Shown here in pieces: positions 1-8,487 of a stretch of 64,000 bases of DNA. A program made the position numbers and the translations under genes. The notes under the pieces are model-generated. The model saw only the letters and a program-made list of their open reading frames with translations. It was not told the origin of the DNA and made no database searches. Source of the stretch: Chitinivibrionales bacterium (lineage in GTDB: Bacteria > Fibrobacterota > Chitinivibrionia > Chitinivibrionales > WJKA01); NCBI GenBank assembly GCA_038247415.1, contig JBBRUX010000002.1, forward strand, positions 32,001 to 96,000. The letters run 5' to 3'. How positions within the stretch are numbered: position 1 is the first letter of the stretch; every line of letters starts with the position of its first letter.

Positions 1-577
1 GCTGACAGGAGATGCCGGCAACAATTCATGTTCGGGAGGATTTGCCATTATTTCCTCGAATGCAGGAAGAGATACCCTCAACATGGTCTCCGGAATGGGC
101 ATAACCGAGTTTACCGATTTTTCCTTGACTAACGATGTGGTCACTTTTGCAGGCTATGGATTTGGATCCTTTGCCGATATTATGGCGGTATGTACACAGG
201 TGGGTCCGCATGCAGTATTTAACCTTACCGACAGTAGTTCCCTTTGGATCGACAATGTCAACAAGAGCCAATTTACTGCTACTAATTTTATCATTAAAAC
301 CACATCTCTTATCAAACGTTCGGGTTCATTAATCACGGAGCACCGTGAGCCAAGAGTAACCATCGGGAGAGAGGTTATAAAATTTACAGAGTGCAATAGT
401 TATATGTCAAGTATTAGAATATTCAATCTTCGCGGGATGCTTTTGGCTACGGTCCCAATAATCAGCAGTGCTGCACAATGGAACCCAAACGCTTCCGCTA
501 CACATTCGGGAGTCTATATAGCAGTATTTATGAGCAAAGACAAGAGAGAATATTCAGTGAGCCTAAGAATTCCATAG
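1..577 (+). CDS. 3' part of a secreted protein (5'-truncated by window edge): RTX/T1SS-like C-terminal module followed by a Fibrobacterota/T9SS-like C-terminal domain
   Basis: Frame is open from position 2 (LTGDAGNNSCSGG...). The segment TDFSLTNDVVTFAGYGFGSFADIMAVCTQVG...FTATNF resembles proteobacterial RTX-protein C-termini. The terminal IRIFNLRGMLLAT...SGVYIAV resembles T9SS-type sorting domains. Confidence 0.6.
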   Translation, partial: LTGDAGNNSCSGGFAIISSNAGRDTLNMVSGMGITEFTDFSLTNDVVTFAGYGFGSFADIMAVCTQVGPHAVFNLTDSSSLWIDNVNKSQFTATNFIIKTTSLIKRSGSLITEHREPRVTIGREVIKFTECNSYMSSIRIFNLRGMLLATVPIISSAAQWNPNASATHSGVYIAVFMSKDKREYSVSLRIP

Positions 578-1151
578 CATGCATCTGAAAGGCCAAAAAC
601 GAGATACGATAATACCATAAAAATACCAGAATAGAATCTCCGAGAAGGATTCCCCTTACCAGAAAGTAAAAGCGCCATTGTTTCACAATTGACTGCGGCA
701 GCCCCCAAAATTCAATACGGTAAGCTGTAATGTTATCTCTTTCGAAATTGCTTGATGGCCTTAAAAAAGCATTGTTCGATTTAATCGCTTAATCTTAATG
801 CTTCGCTTGATATCCTCGCACTATACCTTCTTTTAGAAATTATCTTAAAAAATTCTGAAACTATTTGTGCAGGTGTGAGAAATTTTGAGGGATATTTCCG
901 GCCGTGGTACTCCAAATCAACCCTCACGATCATTAAAACATACCGCACACCAAATATCCACCCTTCTATATCCGTAAAATTTGGGATCTCTAAAGATTTA
1001 TTTCTGATCCAATACTTCGCATGGTAGCAGAGATACGAAGAATTAAACCCAAGAGATTAACGTTTAACAATTTTATTGTTTATGCATATATCAAGTGCCC
1101 TTCTGTTTTGCAAGGAGAACGATCAATCATTTAAACAAAGGTATAGATAGT

Positions 1152-3104
1152 ATGACTCAGCCCAATTCATTGGTTTACCCACCCAAACAGGCTCTTTTTG
1201 GTTCATCCTTTATAGCGTCTTCGGATCACTACACCAAGCTTTACAAAGAAAGTATCGAAAACAATAGTGCTTTCTGGGAAAAGCAAGCACGCGAGCTCAT
1301 TTATTGGCAGCACGATTTTCAATGCGTAAGTGATTGCGATTTTAGAGAAGGCCTTTCGTCTTGGTTTTTGGGAGGCAAACTCAATGTCTGCGAAAATGCT
1401 GTTGACAGACATGTAACAACCAAGGGCGATCAGGTTGCGCTTATTTGGGAAGCCGATGAGCCCGGGACAGAAAAGCGGATTACCTATAAGGAGCTCTTGC
1501 GTGAAGTATCCCGGCTTGCCAATGTTTTGAGGAATAATGATATTCGTAAAGGAGACCGCGTTGCCATCTATATGCCTATGATACCCGAAGCTGTGTACGC
1601 AATGCTTGCGTGTGCACGCATTGGAGCAGTACATTCTGTTGTATTTGCAGGGTTTAGTGCAGAATCTCTGCGCGACCGCATCAACGATTCGCATTGTAAA
1701 GCTGTTATTACTGCCGACGAAGGCGTGAGAGGGCACAAAATTATTCCACTCAAGCGTATGACCGACGAAGCGGTGATCGGGTGTCCGAGCGTTAAAGTTG
1801 TATTTGTAGCAAAGCGAACGGGTAACAAGGTTCCGTTTTATCCTCATCGGGATATTTGGTTGCAAGAAGCAATGGCTGCAGAGCGCCCTTATTGCCCAGC
1901 CGAACACATGGATTCGGAAGACACCCTTTTTCTACTTTACACATCGGGAAGCACTGGCAAGCCAAAAGGCATCGCGCATACAACCGGAGGATATGCTGTA
2001 TTTGCTGCTCTTACGCATAAATATGTTTTCGATTATAAACCGGGTGATATTTATGCGTGCGTTGCAGATATCGGTTGGGTAACCGGACACTCATATGTTG
2101 TGTATGGCCCTTTACTTAACGGAGCGACAACGGTTTTGTTCGAAAGCATCCCAACTTATCCCGATCCTGGCAGGTACTGGGAAATGGTTGACAGACTTCA
2201 AGTTACGCAATTGTATACTGCTCCAACGGCAATTAGAGCCATTCAGCGAGAGGGCGATGAATGGGTTAAAAAATATAAGCGCACTTCTTTGCGAATTTTG
2301 GGTTCGGTTGGTGAACCTATTAGCCCGGAAACCTGGCGCTGGTATCATGACGTTGTGGGAAACTCTCAATGTTCAATTGTAGATACCTATTGGCAAACCG
2401 AAACAGGCGGGATTCTTATTAGCCCCTTACCGGGAGCCACAACAACCAAACCAGGATCAGCAACATTACCGTTTTTTGGTATAGAGCCCGTCCTCCTTAA
2501 CGAAGGTGGAGAGGAAATACAAGGCAACAATGTATCGGGTCTTTTGGCACTCAAGAAGCCGTGGCCAGGAATGGCACGTACTATACAAGGAGACCATCAA
2601 CGTTTTTTTGCAACGTATTTAGAGCCTTTTAAAGGATATTATCTCACCGGCGATGGGGCACGTCGTGATGAAGACGGCTATTATTGGATTACTGGTCGCG
2701 TTGACGATGTGATAAATGTTTCAGGGCATCGTATTGGCTCTGCAGAAGTTGAAGCGGCTTTGGTTACACACTCTTCCTGTTCAGAAGCTGCGGTGATTGG
2801 ATTTCCTCACGACATTAAAGGGGAGGGGCTCTTTGCATATGTTATTCTTAAAGCCGATTACAAAGAAACCGATGCCATTGTGGGGGAACTACGCAATGAA
2901 GTTCGTCATCATATTGGGGCCTTTGCAACTCCTGACCAAATTCTTATCGTTCCCGGTTTACCCAAAACACGATCAGGCAAAATCATGCGAAGAATTTTAA
3001 GAAAAATTGCAGCGGGCGATGTTTCGGATCTGGGAGATATCAGCACTCTTGCTGATCCTGGGATTGTAGAAAAGTTGGTTGAATTGAGATCGGCTTTAAA
3101 CTAG
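1152..3104 (+). CDS. acs: Acetyl-CoA synthetase (acetate--CoA ligase)
   Basis: YTSGSTGKPKG AMP-binding motif, DTYWQTETGG, GRVDDVINVSGHR and PKTRSGKIMRR (acetylatable Lys). Start is placed at ATG 1152 after AAAGG; the ORF track starts at 1095. Confidence 0.96.
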   Translation: MTQPNSLVYPPKQALFGSSFIASSDHYTKLYKESIENNSAFWEKQARELIYWQHDFQCVSDCDFREGLSSWFLGGKLNVCENAVDRHVTTKGDQVALIWEADEPGTEKRITYKELLREVSRLANVLRNNDIRKGDRVAIYMPMIPEAVYAMLACARIGAVHSVVFAGFSAESLRDRINDSHCKAVITADEGVRGHKIIPLKRMTDEAVIGCPSVKVVFVAKRTGNKVPFYPHRDIWLQEAMAAERPYCPAEHMDSEDTLFLLYTSGSTGKPKGIAHTTGGYAVFAALTHKYVFDYKPGDIYACVADIGWVTGHSYVVYGPLLNGATTVLFESIPTYPDPGRYWEMVDRLQVTQLYTAPTAIRAIQREGDEWVKKYKRTSLRILGSVGEPISPETWRWYHDVVGNSQCSIVDTYWQTETGGILISPLPGATTTKPGSATLPFFGIEPVLLNEGGEEIQGNNVSGLLALKKPWPGMARTIQGDHQRFFATYLEPFKGYYLTGDGARRDEDGYYWITGRVDDVINVSGHRIGSAEVEAALVTHSSCSEAAVIGFPHDIKGEGLFAYVILKADYKETDAIVGELRNEVRHHIGAFATPDQILIVPGLPKTRSGKIMRRILRKIAAGDVSDLGDISTLADPGIVEKLVELRSALN

Positions 3105-3125
3105 CTTTTATCAATATTTTATACA

Positions 3126-3157
3126 TACTATCCTGCAAGCCATCTTGTGGGATAGTA
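3126..3157 (+). terminator. Hairpin downstream of acs, probable terminator
   Basis: tactatcctgcaag-ccat-cttgtgggatagta stem about 20 nt after the acs stop; weak U-tract. Confidence 0.55.
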
Positions 3158-3264
3158 CTATAAAGCTTGGGATAATTTTCTAAACCTGCAACCAGTGTAT
3201 CTCAATTTGATATATCATTCTTAATAATTGCTCTTTTTTTACGAGCAATAATAATTCTCAATAA

Positions 3265-3438
3265 AGGTACCTGCAAAACTCCCGAAGGCACTTGGACCCT
3301 TCGACATGCTCAGGGACCAATACCTCAGTGCCCGCTTTCTAATACGCTGATTTTATAAAACAGCCCTACCCTGAGTTTGGGGCCCCTGAGCTTGCCCAAG
3401 GGTGGAAGAGTACTTTTAAATGAGTTTTGCAATTACCT
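3265..3438. mobile_element. Non-coding MITE-like element (174 bp) with 17-bp imperfect terminal inverted repeats and internal REP-like hairpins
   Basis: Left end aggtacctgcaaaactc (3265-3281) matches the reverse complement of the right end, aggtaattgcaaaactc (3422-3438), at 15/17. Inside are cccttcgacatgctcaggg (3297-3315) and an inverted degenerate copy cccctgagcttgcccaaggg (3383-3402). Confidence 0.6.
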
Positions 3439-3517
3439 CAGGAATACAATTATTTATTATTTCATCGTTCTTGCAAACTCCTGAACCGCAGAAGCTCCTT
3501 ATTTCTCAGATGTTTTA

Positions 3518-3533
3518 TGGCACAACTATTGCA
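3518..3533 (+). promoter_or_regulatory. Sigma54 (RpoN) -24/-12 promoter
   Basis: TGGCACaactaTTGCA is an exact TGGCAC-N5-TTGC consensus, about 50 nt upstream of the SD (GGAGG) and ATG of the next gene. Confidence 0.75.
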
Positions 3534-3584
3534 TCTTTACATTTATTATTATTCTACTATTAATCATTTAATTTGGAGGTTTAT

Positions 3585-4346
3585 ATGATGTCTCCTGTAA
3601 AAGTGTTTCTAACGTTTACTATTTGTCTCGCTGCCTTTGTACCGTCAGCTCGTGCAGGCGAAATAGATACCTGTTCAGCTATGAAAGCAGCCATGAAACC
3701 TGATCGCCAATATGGCTATCTGAGCGTTGGTACCACATGGTTTGCAAACGATGATCTAAATGCCAAACTTAAGAGTTCAGCTTACTCTTCTTTCAAGAGC
3801 AATGCTTTAACTTTTTCCATAAGCGACCACAAAGAGTACAAACGTCTTATTTTTGAAAGTCCTCTCTCTCTCCATTTTTGGAAAGACAATGTCGATTCCG
3901 GAATAAGAACGTCTCTTTTTAGCAGTGATTTACTCTGGAACACAGGATTTAATGTGCTTCCTTCTAACCTTCCTGCGATTCTTTTTCCAGAGCTTGGGTT
4001 GGGGCTTGGCTTTAACCTTATGCGAATTAGATCTGATTCAAAAACATTGGCTACAATTCTAACCACAACAGAACCAAATTCTCTCTTGTGGCAAGGATCA
4101 TTTCTTTTCAATGTTGGAATAGGTTCGGATCTTATTGTGGCCGCTGCTGATAGAAACGCGGGGTTAACCATCGGCATTCGCGCAGGATATACTCTCGATA
4201 TTTACACTGCAAAGCATTGGTACTCAGATGGTGTGACAATTTCAGATGTACCATCGTTGCCGCATAATGGGCCTTATGTACGAGTGATCCTAGGAGGATG
4301 GGGCGAGAAGAAACCTATGAAATGTGATATGAAACCAAGCACCTAA
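3585..4346 (+). CDS. Exported protein, probable outer-membrane beta-barrel
   Basis: Signal peptide (VFLTFTICLAAFVPSARA), amphipathic beta-strand segments (ELGLGLGFN, LTIGIRAGY, GPYVRVILGGW) and GGAGG SD before ATG 3585. Confidence 0.7.
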   Translation: MMSPVKVFLTFTICLAAFVPSARAGEIDTCSAMKAAMKPDRQYGYLSVGTTWFANDDLNAKLKSSAYSSFKSNALTFSISDHKEYKRLIFESPLSLHFWKDNVDSGIRTSLFSSDLLWNTGFNVLPSNLPAILFPELGLGLGFNLMRIRSDSKTLATILTTTEPNSLLWQGSFLFNVGIGSDLIVAAADRNAGLTIGIRAGYTLDIYTAKHWYSDGVTISDVPSLPHNGPYVRVILGGWGEKKPMKCDMKPST

Positions 4347-4378
4347 GAATCAGCTAAAGCGGTTCATTTGCAGTAAAG

Positions 4379-4412
4379 AACAGCTATTGCCTTGCTAAAG
4401 GCAGTAGCTGTT
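4379..4412. terminator. Hairpin between convergent genes
   Basis: aacagctattgcctt-gcta-aaggcagtagctgtt stem. Confidence 0.6.
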
Positions 4413-4478
4413 GGATGCTGATAAAAAATGTGCTCAAGTGAATCTCAATAAGGAAATTTTTATACCCTATATAAAGTA

Positions 4479-4550
4479 TCAACCAAGAAGAAATTCAACC
4501 TTGTTTTCGAGTAAGCTTGACAATATGTCTTTGTAATCTTGATTTAACAT
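4479..4550 (-). pseudogene. Truncated N-terminus of a nucleotidyltransferase-family gene (MLNQDYKDILSSLLENKVEFLLG*)
   Basis: Not in the ORF track. GGGAGA SD, then ATG 4550, overlapping the end of the upstream small gene. The peptide resembles the start of 'MLNxDFKExL...VEFLLVGxYA' nucleotidyltransferases but stops after 23 aa. Confidence 0.6.
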
Positions 4551-4692
4551 CGTATCTCCCTGATAGCGAAAAAACCTCTTGCGTTAGATCCCATACACAG
4601 GCAAATGCCTCTGATTTTGAAATCTTGACTGGTGCTTCTGTTTGCTTTGCATTATTTCTGAAAATGTGTATTTCTTTTTTATCCAGGTTCAA
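4495..4692 (-). CDS. Small protein typical of the upstream partner of MNT-like nucleotidyltransferase gene pairs
   Basis: MNLDKKEIHIFR...VWDLTQEVFSLSG...RLQRHIVKL. The likely TTG start at 4692 follows an AGAGGAG SD; the ORF track starts at 4776. Confidence 0.55.
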   Translation of the reverse strand: MNLDKKEIHIFRNNAKQTEAPVKISKSEAFACVWDLTQEVFSLSGRYDVKSRLQRHIVKLTRKQG

Positions 4693-4806
4693 AAGAGCGC
4701 TCCTCTGCCCAGCATATTTTTCAAATAGATTATCTTTTTGATAGTAAGGAGTAAAATTTGGAGAGTATTGAAACAATGGTCAAAAATGATCTCAAGCGGT
4801 CACGTC

Positions 4807-5286
4807 TTATTCTTTAACATGCGCCTTTTTGCTCTGATTCAAAAGCACTTGGTCGGTGCGGTAGAGGCGTCGGGCGAGTTCGCGGGCGATATTGAGGACG
4901 AGGATTGAAAAGAGTTCTTTATCGGTTTTAAAAGTATCCATGAGAATTTGTTTACTAATTACAAGAATTTCGGTGGGATCGATTGCAATGACGGATGCGC
5001 TATGATTAAGGATGCCGATCATTGACACTTCGCCAAGACAATTGCCAGGGCCAAATTCTGCAACTTCAAACGGTTCGGAATCAATCCCTAAAACAACTTT
5101 TACTTTACCTTGCAAAATAACAAGAAGTTCTTTACCGGGGGTGTTTTCGCGAATTATGGTTGCACCAGCAGCATATTCAAGAATTTCACATTCGTTCGTT
5201 ATTTGGCGAAGGTTTTCGTCGGATAACCCAGCAAAAATGGTAACATTTTTGAGAATCGGAAGAAGAATTTCATTATCTATTTTCAT
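4807..5286 (-). CDS. Stand-alone cyclic-nucleotide-binding domain protein
   Basis: LKNVTIFAGLS, IIRENTPG, GPGNCLGEVSM and HSASVIA fit the cNMP fold; no HTH. Confidence 0.85.
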   Translation of the reverse strand: MKIDNEILLPILKNVTIFAGLSDENLRQITNECEILEYAAGATIIRENTPGKELLVILQGKVKVVLGIDSEPFEVAEFGPGNCLGEVSMIGILNHSASVIAIDPTEILVISKQILMDTFKTDKELFSILVLNIARELARRLYRTDQVLLNQSKKAHVKE

Positions 5287-5408
5287 GCAATGGCATCCTT
5301 ATTAAAGCCAACCAGACGGAACAATACACAAAATCGTTGCCCGTTTTAGGATCCGATACTTATAAAATTACTGTGCTCCTGCGCACGATGCAAATAATAC
5401 CTATTCCG

Positions 5409-6740
5409 CTATCGGCGACGACGATCATTTACTCGCACAATATGCGCGCCAAGTGCATTAAGTCGTGAATCGATAGCATGATAACCCCGGTCGATTTGAC
5501 CAATATTCTGAATAATGCTTGTACCATCTGCTGCAAGAGCCGCAATGAGCAGCGCCATTCCAGCTCTGATATCCGGCGATGCCATAGTACACGCTCCAAG
5601 AGCTGTGGAGCCCGAAACAACCACCCTATGCGGATCGCACAGCACTATCTGTGCACCCATGTTGAGAAGCTTGTCAACAAAGAAAAGTCGCGCCTCGAAC
5701 ATCTTCTCGTGAATAAGGCACGTTCCCTGACATTGGGTAGCCACAACAACCATAATGGAAATGAGGTCGGCAGGAAAGCCGGGCCACGGAGCGTCATCGA
5801 TGCGAGGCATTGCATTGCCAAAATCTTTTTTAATACAAAGTTTTTGACTTGCAGGAACAAAAATGGTTTTCTGTTCGTGGTTTGTTTCTACTTCTACACC
5901 AAGTCGCTTAAATTGAAACAGGATCATGCGCATAACAGGAATGTCGATATCGGTAATGGTGAGCGCAGAACCCGTTGCGGCTGCCAAACCAATAAAGCTT
6001 CCAGCTTCGATATAATCGGAACCAATAGTATGCGTTGCTGCAACAAATGAGTTTCTGCCCTTTACACTAAGAAGATTTGAGCCAATCCCTTTAATGCTTG
6101 CACCTAGGGAAACCAAAAAATGACACAAACCTTGCACATGCGGTTCAGATGCAGCATTGGCGATCGTGGTTGTTCCCTTGGCACCGGCTGCCGCAATGAG
6201 CGCATTTTCGGTTGCGGTTACCGATGCTTCGTCAAGATATATATCGGTTCCAACAAGCCCTTTGGGTGCAGCAAGCGAAAATGAAGTTACGGGGGTTCCC
6301 TGGGTGCTTGTCGAACGACTAATTGTCAACTCTGCCCCAAGCGCACACAATGCATGAAAGTGCGTGTCGATTCTCCGTCTGCCAATAGCATCTCCACCCG
6401 GTTGATGAATGATAGCAGAACCCGTTCGGCATAAAAGCGCAGATGCAAATAATATTGATGCTCGAATTTCTGAGGCAAGCCCAACTGGTAGCACCGATGA
6501 CACGATATGTGTGGCTTGTATGGTAAGTTCGTTATTTACAATATCGGAAACCGTTGCCCCAAGCTCCGAGGCAATTAAGCACATGGCGCGCACATCCTGA
6601 ATGTCGGGAACGTTAGCAAAACAAACTGGTTCTTTAGATAGAAGTGCGGCAGCGACAAGGGGCAATGCTTCGTTTTTATTGCCCATAACACGTATTGAGC
6701 CCGATAATTTCGGTTTGCCTTCAACGGTAAAATAGCTCAT
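5409..6740 (-). CDS. murA: UDP-N-acetylglucosamine 1-carboxyvinyltransferase
   Basis: GNKNEALP, PGGDAIGRRRIDTH, SVTATEN, PWPGFPADL, DIRAG and IDRGY. Confidence 0.95.
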   Translation of the reverse strand: MSYFTVEGKPKLSGSIRVMGNKNEALPLVAAALLSKEPVCFANVPDIQDVRAMCLIASELGATVSDIVNNELTIQATHIVSSVLPVGLASEIRASILFASALLCRTGSAIIHQPGGDAIGRRRIDTHFHALCALGAELTISRSTSTQGTPVTSFSLAAPKGLVGTDIYLDEASVTATENALIAAAGAKGTTTIANAASEPHVQGLCHFLVSLGASIKGIGSNLLSVKGRNSFVAATHTIGSDYIEAGSFIGLAAATGSALTITDIDIPVMRMILFQFKRLGVEVETNHEQKTIFVPASQKLCIKKDFGNAMPRIDDAPWPGFPADLISIMVVVATQCQGTCLIHEKMFEARLFFVDKLLNMGAQIVLCDPHRVVVSGSTALGACTMASPDIRAGMALLIAALAADGTSIIQNIGQIDRGYHAIDSRLNALGAHIVRVNDRRRR

Positions 6741-6770
6741 GATTTTCCAAGGGGGTATACTGCATACAGA

Positions 6771-6799
6771 AATGGGAAGCGCACTATGCGCTTCCCATT
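6771..6799 (-). terminator. Hairpin after the enolase-family gene
   Basis: aatgggaagcgca-cta-tgcgcttcccatt, a perfect 13-bp stem. Confidence 0.7.
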
Positions 6800-6820
6800 A
6801 TAAAAATAACCAATCGAAAC

Positions 6821-8341
6821 TTATTTCTTGGCAACAGCAGGGATTTTTACACCCTTTGGTATTCCCTTGAAACCAGTAACAACAGTCTTGATTCCCGCAT
6901 CATTCATTTCCTCTTCGGCGCGAATGAGTGGGTTATAGTTCTGAAGGTTGCGTTCGCCATTAGGAGCGCCAGCCTTAAACCATACGCGAGGCGATACCAT
7001 ACCGTACATAAGAGGAAGATACGGCAAAAATTCCGATGATCCTTCTGTTGATCGATGCGAGAAGAAAGCAGAAAAGCCACCCTTGGCAATATTTTCGAGC
7101 GCAGCTTCTAACGAAGCAACGCCAATTGCTTTGCAATCTGCAACGACCTTAGCAAGATCACCACGAGCATCCAAAAATGATTTGACAACCTTAGCATCTG
7201 CAACACCAAGGGTAATTTCGGAAGCTAAACGAGTTTCGGTAAACGTTCCTGCCTGGTTAAGCTTAATAAGAACGGCATTTCCTGCACGATCCTTACGATC
7301 TTTACCGCACAAAAATGGAATAACATAGCGCATTTGAGTAACTGCTAAATCGTCGAGAACAATTTGAACGCGATCACCAAAACGAGCATTCATAAGCTTA
7401 TGTGCTTCTACGTCATTTTCGGAACCAGGATCTTCCATGGTAACGAAATTTGGTGCACTATTAACAACTTTTCCATCAAAATCGATAAGTTCTTCGCGGC
7501 TTTTTTCGCCAAGACCAGAAAAGCGCATATTGTAACGACCAGCTTTAATGAGCTCTTCGCCTTTTTGAACTTCGGAAAATGCATTATCGGTTCCGATTGC
7601 GTAATCTGTTTCTTTAAGTCCAAGCTGCTGTGCACATTCTTTAATGCGGTTAAGACCTTCGAAATTATCTTTAACAGGGAAAACAAATCCACGTTCTTTG
7701 GCTGTTCCTGTTGGTAAACCATCGCGTACCAGGTTCTTTTCGAACTGGCGGAAAAACTTTGTACCTGTGGTAAAAACACCCTTCACCGATTTTTCGTTCA
7801 TAGCAAAGAAAAACATTTCCTGAATATCTTGTTTTGTTCCAGGAACATGTTCGCCACCACATACCATATTAAACGCAATATTTGGCATGTTGAATGTTTT
7901 TTGACCCTTAGCAGCAAAAATTTCCCATGCTTTGTATCCCGACGCCTTAAGCAAGGTCTGAAAAAATACTGTTGAGGAAGCAAGAGTTGCATTGCCACCC
8001 CAGATTTTCTTATTAGGACCGGCACCCTTAACCATTGCAAGGTCAAATGCTTCACATGCACGAAGAATATCGGCAGGTGATTTAATTACAACCTTTTTTG
8101 GAAGAAGCGGGATAATGTTTTTTTCTATTGACTTAATGGCTTTATCGTTATCGATATAGATTGCTTCGTTTTCGCCATCGGAGGTTCCCTTTGCAATACC
8201 GTTGCGTTCTTCGATAGTATAGCTGTCTTTTCCTGCGTCAACGCGAGCGCTCATGACACCTTCGAGTGTGAAATTTGCATAGGACGAAAGAATTTCACGT
8301 CCTTTTAAGGTAAACTTGGAAACAACTACCTCTTTAGCCAT
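6821..8341 (-). CDS. eno: Highly divergent enolase-family protein (probable phosphopyruvate hydratase)
   Basis: Recognisable but altered enolase motifs: GREILSS, GTSDGENEA, GGEH, DIQEM, KERGF, GTDNAFSE, MEDP, VLDDL, LIKLNQAGT, SHRS, FKAG and YNPLIRAEE. Start ATG 8341 follows GGAGG. Confidence 0.75.
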   Translation of the reverse strand: MAKEVVVSKFTLKGREILSSYANFTLEGVMSARVDAGKDSYTIEERNGIAKGTSDGENEAIYIDNDKAIKSIEKNIIPLLPKKVVIKSPADILRACEAFDLAMVKGAGPNKKIWGGNATLASSTVFFQTLLKASGYKAWEIFAAKGQKTFNMPNIAFNMVCGGEHVPGTKQDIQEMFFFAMNEKSVKGVFTTGTKFFRQFEKNLVRDGLPTGTAKERGFVFPVKDNFEGLNRIKECAQQLGLKETDYAIGTDNAFSEVQKGEELIKAGRYNMRFSGLGEKSREELIDFDGKVVNSAPNFVTMEDPGSENDVEAHKLMNARFGDRVQIVLDDLAVTQMRYVIPFLCGKDRKDRAGNAVLIKLNQAGTFTETRLASEITLGVADAKVVKSFLDARGDLAKVVADCKAIGVASLEAALENIAKGGFSAFFSHRSTEGSSEFLPYLPLMYGMVSPRVWFKAGAPNGERNLQNYNPLIRAEEEMNDAGIKTVVTGFKGIPKGVKIPAVAKK

Positions 8342-8420
8342 GAGAACCTCCATTGTGTGTTATAAAAAGAAACCTTGAATTATAGCCAGTTTCAAAAAAT
8401 ACATTCCGTACGGCACCATT

Positions 8421-8448
8421 AAAAAAAGGGACTCCACTGCGGAGCCCC
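8421..8448 (-). terminator. Intrinsic terminator after the lipoyl-FabH gene
   Basis: On the minus strand: ggggctcc-gcagt-ggagtccc followed by a T-run. Confidence 0.75.
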
Positions 8449-8487
8449 TCGTTATAGTATCTAATCAGAATCGAATACATGCAAACG

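Noticed and set aside
1066..1080. Palindrome aacaat-ttt-attgtt upstream of acs
   Set aside because: A 6-bp AT-rich arm is expected by chance, and there is no second copy to support an operator.
1203..1907. 234-aa antisense ORF, and the many other 60-190 aa ORFs overlapping identified genes
   Set aside because: They lie antisense or out of frame within well-supported genes and have no motifs or SD; treated as shadow ORFs.
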